From contig OZ024743.1 in NCBI GenBank assembly GCA_964016885.1, forward strand, positions 60,078,001 to 60,142,000: a stretch of DNA of 64,000 nt, read 5' to 3'. This DNA is from Eledone cirrhosa (lineage: Eukaryota). The notes beneath the pieces were generated by a model. That model did not search any database. It was not told the origin of the DNA and saw nothing but the letters and a program-made list of their open reading frames with translations. Position numbers and translations under genes: made by a program. How positions within the stretch are numbered: position 1 is the stretch's first letter; every line of letters begins with the position of its first letter. Of the stretch, positions 57,577 to 64,000 are shown piece after piece.

Positions 57577-57760
57577 TAGCAGTACCGGTAGAACAGAGGG
57601 TCGGACACCATGCTTTGACGCATAGAGTTACGGCTCTTGCCATTCTGAGTTCAATCGCGCCGAAGTTAACTTTGCCTTTCATCCTTACAGGGTCGATAAA
57701 ATAAAGTACCAGTAATACACTGGTTTAATTTCTGGCCTTGTGCTAAAAGTGGAAACAATT
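57577..57760 (+). mobile_element. tRNA-derived SINE
   Basis: Same family as 26637-27019; splits the RT remnant. Confidence 0.85.
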
Positions 57761-57861
57761 ATTTGTATCAATGATATTATAGACGTCATCAAACACAGAA
57801 CAATATGAATTTTCGCAGATGATTCCTAGCTACAGAAGGTAATCAACAATGTAAACAAATT

Positions 57862-58264
57862 CCAGGGATTGTCCGGCCTTCTCCTCTTTGCACCGGTCGC
57901 CGTCGAGACCTCAGGCGTACTTGGACCCCGTACTGCCGAGCTCCTCTGCAAAACCGGAGCGTTGGTGGCCCGTCTGAGCAGGGAGTCTCGCGAGGTTGGG
58001 TGGCTGTTGCCGAGGATGTCATTGGCAACGGTCCGCGGGAATGCTTTTGCCGTCTTGTCCGCGGAGTGAAGTACTTCTCCCTTCATGCCCTAGACCCAAA
58101 GCCCAGTCACCCTCTCCCTTCACCCCTCCCCTCTCTTCTGCGACACCAGAGTTCTTGCCATCCTCTCCCCTTCACGGTCTTCTCTTTCTTTCTCTCTTTT
58201 TCTCTCTATATTTCCCTATTCGTTCTTCCCTTTTGCATCCCTTTTTTATTATTGCTATCATTAT
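57862..58264 (+). mobile_element. 3' fragment of a CRE-like RLE LINE
   Basis: FAPVAVETSGVLG...RMSLATVRGNAFAVL*, a typical CRE-type C-terminus, then a pyrimidine-rich UTR and a (TTA)-like tail. Confidence 0.7.
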
Positions 58265-61200
58265 GTGACAGCGATCTCAGCACCACCAGCAGGACCAGTA
58301 GCAGCAGCAATAGTGGTGCTGCTGAAAAAGGGACCACTTCTTTTGCAGGTTTCGCCCGAAATTTCGAAACAGAGGAGGAGATAGCAGTCGCAAGGTCCAT
58401 GGTGACAAGAAACGCCAATAGAGTTTCCTTGAAACATCCACCCGATTTTTTCAAGGCCCAGCTGCTACGGACGGTAACTTACCGCACCGTAAGCAAAATG
58501 TCACATCGGGTGGAGAGAGCCACGGAGGCTAACATCAAAAAACCCTTGGGGTGCGTCTGGGCACGCAAAACCGACATCACCGAAGCAGAAAGTACGCCAC
58601 AGTAGACGTACTTTTCGCAATACCCCAAGAAGCGAAGTCTCACTCTTTGGAAACTCTAAAGAATGAGGAGATAGTCTTGGTGCCCTCCTACTTCGGGCAG
58701 AAAATTGTGAGGGTCAAAGTGACCCAGGTCACACCCGACGTGCCCATTCCTTGGCTGGCTGCGTCTGTCCTTGCTGGAATCGAGAACAGGACGACCATGC
58801 TGCAAGTAGAGAACATAGGGAGAGAGAACTCGTTAGGTATAGGCATGCAAATGCTTATACAAACTGACCAGGAATGTGTCGACGCTATCCCCGTTATCAT
58901 AGACATCGAGGAAGGACTCCAACCCCCTATAAGCGTGGAAGAAGACGGCCAATATGTTATCTCTGTGGGTCAAAGGGTCACCTCAGGGCCTTTTGCCCGC
59001 AGAAGACAGTGAAGAAGAAGGCTCCTCTCTTTCCAATACCTGGTCCGCTGCTACCAGGAGTAGGGCAGGCAACCAACGTAGAAGCCCCTTCCACGGTGAA
59101 TAGGAGAGAACGTCCGTGACACACGTACCAAGGCCACGAAGAACTAAAGCAGCAGCATCAGTGGCGACAACGTCAGTAGCTACATTTGCAGTAACTGCAA
59201 TAGCAACAAAATCGCCGGAGATGCTCACTACCACCACTAACAGCCGTGGATCCCATACCTCACCCAGACGCCACGGAATCCGACATGGAGTCTGAGGCGG
59301 GAGTGAAGTGGCAAACGTTCTGCCACAAAATACAAAAAAAAACTAAAAAACCCTTAGCTTCAACCTTCTAAAGCGAAGGCACACAAAGAGGGGTAAAGGC
59401 TGCAAGGAGACTTGCAGCAACACCACCATCAACACCACAACACCACAAGTACCACGAATCAACACCACAAGCACCACCGCCAACAAAAACCACACCACCA
59501 CCAGCGTCACCAAAAACACCAACAACGCAAACAAAACAAAACACACACACCAAACAGCAACAAGAAGAAAACAGCAACAAAATCACCCATCCTCCCAAAA
59601 AGTACACATCCATAAACCTGACAATAAAGAACTCATACAATATATAAAGCAGCACACAGACATCACAGAAAACAACTACTACACCCCACCAACACCGAGT
59701 ACTCTGCCGACAAACATAAGCATCACTGATATCAAAATAGAACAGTACAAACTTTTAAAACAAAAATTCCCCAACGCAGTTGGAGACTTCAGAGGGTCAG
59801 TTACCAAGAGGATATACACTGACATCCTCTTGGAAACCCCCATGACCAGTCAAAGGGACGGTTCTACTGTCCCTTCAACACACGATCAAGTTAAGTGACC
59901 CCTTCTCATAGCATCGTTTCTCATCCAGCATGGCCGTACTTAGAATAGGCAGTATAAATACACGTGGCCTGGGGTCATCTCGGAAGCAGGGTCACCTGCT
60001 CAACGACCTCAGGTCACTAAACATAGATGTGGTGGCCATCAGCGAGACCAGAATCTCCGAAGCACGAGCCTTCGCACCGATGCTCGGTGGCTACGATGTA
60101 TACGCATCTCCCAGCCGTTGAGGATCGGGGGATGGGGTTGCCGCCCTTTTTCGGAGAGGCTTGGATCTCGCCATACGGGCCATTATTATGGACCCAGAAA
60201 GTAAGTCGGTGGTGCTGGACGTGACTGGCAGCGAAGGCAATGCTTTCAGGCTAGTGGCCGTCTACGCCCCAACTGGGGCAGGACGACCAGATTTCTTCAG
60301 ACGTCTAGTGACCTTTCTTGGAATGTCCCGCTCTCTGGTGTTAGTGGGCGACTGGAACGGTATCTTGGATACACGCTGGGATTGTGTGGGGCTAGTGGAT
60401 AGGTGAGGAGGGTGCAAGAGTCTCACCAACCTGCTCAGATGTTTTGAACTGTCTGATAGGTATCGACTGGATCACCTGAATGTGCCAATGTATACATGGA
60501 CAAACCGCATCGGGTCATCCAGATCGTATCTCGATAGGGTATTCTGCAGAAAACTAGATAAGGCTAGTATGAGTTGTCCACAATTTAAAATAGTCGACTG
60601 CACAGACAACAAATGTGTGATCTGAGATCGACATAGACAAACTTCATAGACGAGGACCCGGTGATTAGAAACTGAACGCGTCTTTCCTGGCGCACAAAGC
60701 CTGCAGAGACCGGATTAGCGTATTGGTTGAGCGGGCGTTGACGGGAGCGGTCGTCAACAAAGCCACAATTCGGTCTTTATCTGACAAAAACGGGCGCGCA
60801 TTGCTCGAACCCGAGCAGATGTGTGAGGCTTTTCAGCAGCACTTTGCTGAATTCTTCGGGAGCAGCGGCGGGCCGGATCGGGGAATGGACTTCAGTGCAT
60901 ACCTCGACGAACTGCCGCGGCTCTCGACGACCGCAGCAGAGTCTGGCGAAAAGACAATAACAACCGGTGAAATATGGGAAGAAGCTAGCTAACTGCATGA
61001 GGGTTAAATTGCCAGGTTTGGAGGGTCTGCCCTACGAGCTTTATGCATTTATGTCAGACCTGTTCAGTAACCTCTTGCCAGACGTCTACTGCAACTGAGA
61101 GCAGAACGGGAACATTCCCAGTTTTGTGAGACAGGGAGCGGTGGCGCTGCTGAGAAAAGACCCAAACAAGGGGGATGTTATCGATAACTTCAGGCCCATA

Positions 61201-63368
61201 ACCCTGCTAAACGCAGAGTTCAAGATTTTGGCTAAGGTGTTAGCAACGAGGTTGGCGCTTGTCGTCGTGAGAGAGATCAGATATGCGCCATTCCGGACAC
61301 GACAACCTCCACCTCATGCGATACCTCCTAGAGAGGGTGGTTATGGAACCTGGCACGAGTGGGGCCCTGATCAACTTGGAACAATCCAAAGCATTCGATA
61401 GAGTCGACCATCGGTACCTGGCGGCGGTCCTCGAGGCAGCTTATTTCGGGCCAGTTTTCAGGGGTTGTATCGCTGCGATGTACAGCGATATCTGCTCAGT
61501 TGAGAGGGTGAACTATCACCTGTCGCAGCCGTTCATCATCATGCGCTCGGTCCGCCTGGGTTGTCCCTTCTCGTCCCTCTTGTACGTATTGGCTCTCAAG
61601 CCGTTACTGCACAAACTGGATGCGATGAGAGGCGTCCCACGCGAACTTGGATGCGGGAAATCCGAGTCGGCTTACGCCGACGACATCACCATTGGGGTGT
61701 CGAGCACCAGAAACGTCCTGATGCTCGGCACCGCTCTCAAGGAATACGAAGCGGTGACAGGAGCAAAGATAAACCAGGAAATGTCGGTGGGCTTGCAGCT
61801 CGGCACCTGGAGAGGCAAGTCCATGCCTTCCGACAGCGTTGTGGGGCGTTGGACTGACGGACCTGTTAAATTACTCGTGGTCTGTTTCTGACCGGACCTC
61901 CAGATGGAGAAAATCTGGAGCGAGGTGACGAGCAGGGTGGTCTTCCTCACCCAGAAATCGACCGAGAGGAAGCTGTCCCTGAAAGGCCGGGCAGAGGTGG
62001 CGAATGCGTACATCGCATCCGTCATCTGCTACCGCCTCACCGACGTCCCTTGCCTCGACACTACTCTGACCAAAATGGAGCGCCTCCTCTTCCGCTTTTT
62101 TTGCAAGGGACGCGCTCCCAAGGTCAGACGATCCATCTGCTGTCAACACCCGTTGCGTGGAGGACTGGGTTTGCCATGGCTGATGATGCCCAAATATGCG
62201 CTGAGACTGCGACACCTCTGGTGCTTCCTTGACGGTGAACATGTGTGGTCGCCGTTAGCCAGGCACGTTCTCCCACAGCTCGTCTCCTTGACGGAGCTGC
62301 AGTCCTGGGTCAGGAAAAGACCGAGGGATAGCGCTTGGAAACTGGAATGTCTCCAGGCACTCACCGCCCTCTGCCAGCTGGGCACCAGTATCGTGGAACA
62401 TTCACCTCGGCGTACTATAGAAGACTAGTGGAGTGGAAGAGCGACGACGTTCTCGGAGAGATCCTGGGCGTCGAAGAAGATCAGCTGTTTGCTTTCTTCC
62501 GTAGAACATTCAGCCCAGGGCCTATGGATAACATCCAAAATTCCCTGGCCTGGCAGTGCTACCGGGAAGCGTTGCCGGTTCGAGATAACTCTACAGGCAC
62601 AGAAGTGCCGTCAGCCGAGCCTGTCCGAGATGCGCGCATAGCGACGAAACTGTAGTGCACGCACTCGTTCAGTGGCCAAGCATTGCTGACTTGTGGAGTT
62701 ATGTCGAACAGTTGCTGTCGCGTGTAGGACTGATACGGTTATCGACTTAGTCCATTGTGAATATGTTCTCGCCCTCTTCCTTCGAGGGGAAAAGGGCTGG
62801 CGGGTTTCATCTGCCTCGTGGCCATAGCGAAAGAGATTGTGTGGTGGACAAGGTTGAAAGGGTTAAAGACAGATACTTTCCTCTTCCCGAATCCCCAATT
62901 AACTTTTTTAAGTTTCACTTGAAGAGGAAAATAAGCGTGGAGAGGCAAGTGCTGCTTTGTAGCAAGTTTGTTGAAAGGTTGGTGAATGTAGCGAATGGTC
63001 CGAAAGAACGGGACCGCTCTGAATATACGCCTTTATTTTGAGAAATGGAAACACTTTAGAGAGGGCGCTTGCCCTGGTGGTCAGGGTGGCCATGGTCTTT
63101 TGTTTGGTTTTCGCCACGAGTAACCTTCGGAGGTTTCCCCCTGTTGGGAATTTTTAATTGTTTCAATTTTCATTCTTATTGTTTATATATATATATATGT
63201 TTCTATGTCATTTTTTTTCTTTTCTTATATAAATAATAAAAATCTTTACACGCACAAAACCCACATCGTACCGTCCTGTACCGTTCTGAGTCATCTGTAA
63301 TGTTTTTCATGATGTCAGCCCTTGTGGCCAATAAAGAAATCATTATTATTATTACTATTATAATTATT
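58265..63368 (+). mobile_element. Decayed Tx1/L1-group LINE (copy 2), 5'-truncated
   Basis: ORF1 with CYLCGSKGHLRAFC knuckle; ORF2 from 59930 to ~63040 homologous to copy 1 (SINTRGL, NFRPITLLN, AYADD); aataaa at ~63330 and an (ATT)n tail. Confidence 0.92.
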
Positions 63369-64000
63369 GAGTCTGAATGGACGTATTTTTGTTCGCTCCC
63401 GTAAGTTTATTTATTTACCTGTCAAAACCTATTTATTGAATGTTTGGTTGTTGTGTAAGGCATACATACAAGCCCTTGGACTTTGCCCTGTGAAGGGGAA
63501 AGAATAATATTTGGGCCTTTTGACCCCAATATTTGAACTCTTTTACATTTTAAAAAAATTATCGAAAAAAATACAAAAATACATGGCTAAGCCACGCCCC
63601 CAGCGATATGTCTGCTGTCGTGCGACAACGATGTACAAGTTGAGAGGAGCGCTACGGCGAAATTAACAGAAATTGATACAACAAACACCACCACAAACAA
63701 TGTGAACAAAGACAGCAATGTTAACAACACTGAGAACTCTAATTTTGAAAAAAATGACAGTAACAGCGACAAGGAAAATACAGATAACAGATATAAGGAC
63801 AAATTCAACAACAATATCAACACCAATAACAATGAAAACAAATAGCGACAACACCAACAGCAACAATACCAACTGCACTGAGAACAACGGCAGCACCAAA
63901 GACAACAATGATAACAGCGACAGTGATAACAACAACACCATCAAGAACAACGACAACAACAACAACACCCCCAATGACAACAAGAACAGTTTCGCTGCCG
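63369..64000 (+). mobile_element. 5' end of a third Tx1-like LINE, running off the window
   Basis: Starts directly after the (ATT)n tail of copy 2. AT-rich 5'UTR, ATG at ~63583, Asn/Thr-rich segment ending ..NSFAA, like the N-terminus of copy 1 ORF1 (..LSFARVA). Confidence 0.65.

Larger units (their letters stand above)
56400..57860 (+). pseudogene. Degenerate CR1/L2/jockey-group RT remnant, interrupted by two SINE copies
   Basis: SAIGPDGFPARL, NYRLIALTSHIIK, QYGF, IIYLDFNKNF and IFADDS motifs in order. Confidence 0.7.

Overview
AT-rich, microsatellite-dense eukaryotic DNA, most consistent with a cephalopod (octopus-type SINE; this is inference). No convincing host protein-coding gene was seen; most ORF-track entries are (TA)n/(CA)n/(GAA)n artefacts. 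The window is a nest of mobile elements: a deleted mariner, several Penelope-like element (PLE) copies with RT/GIY-YIG fragments and inverted pseudo-LTRs, tRNA-derived SINEs, and a stack of LINEs (R4/Dong-like, three Tx1-like, CR1/L2-like, CRE-like), several of them in (ATT)n tracts. The main signal is non-coding. At least seven repeat families with no obvious mutual similarity carry hammerhead-ribozyme (HHR) motifs (CUGANGA...GAAA...UH with paired stems). These include retrozyme-like ~470-bp and ~380-bp tandem units with an octamer (ATGCAAAT) about 80 nt upstream of the core. Some copies end at the predicted self-cleavage site, and nearly all occur as inverted (foldback) structures inside (TA)n. 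All folds were derived by eye and need computational and biochemical confirmation.
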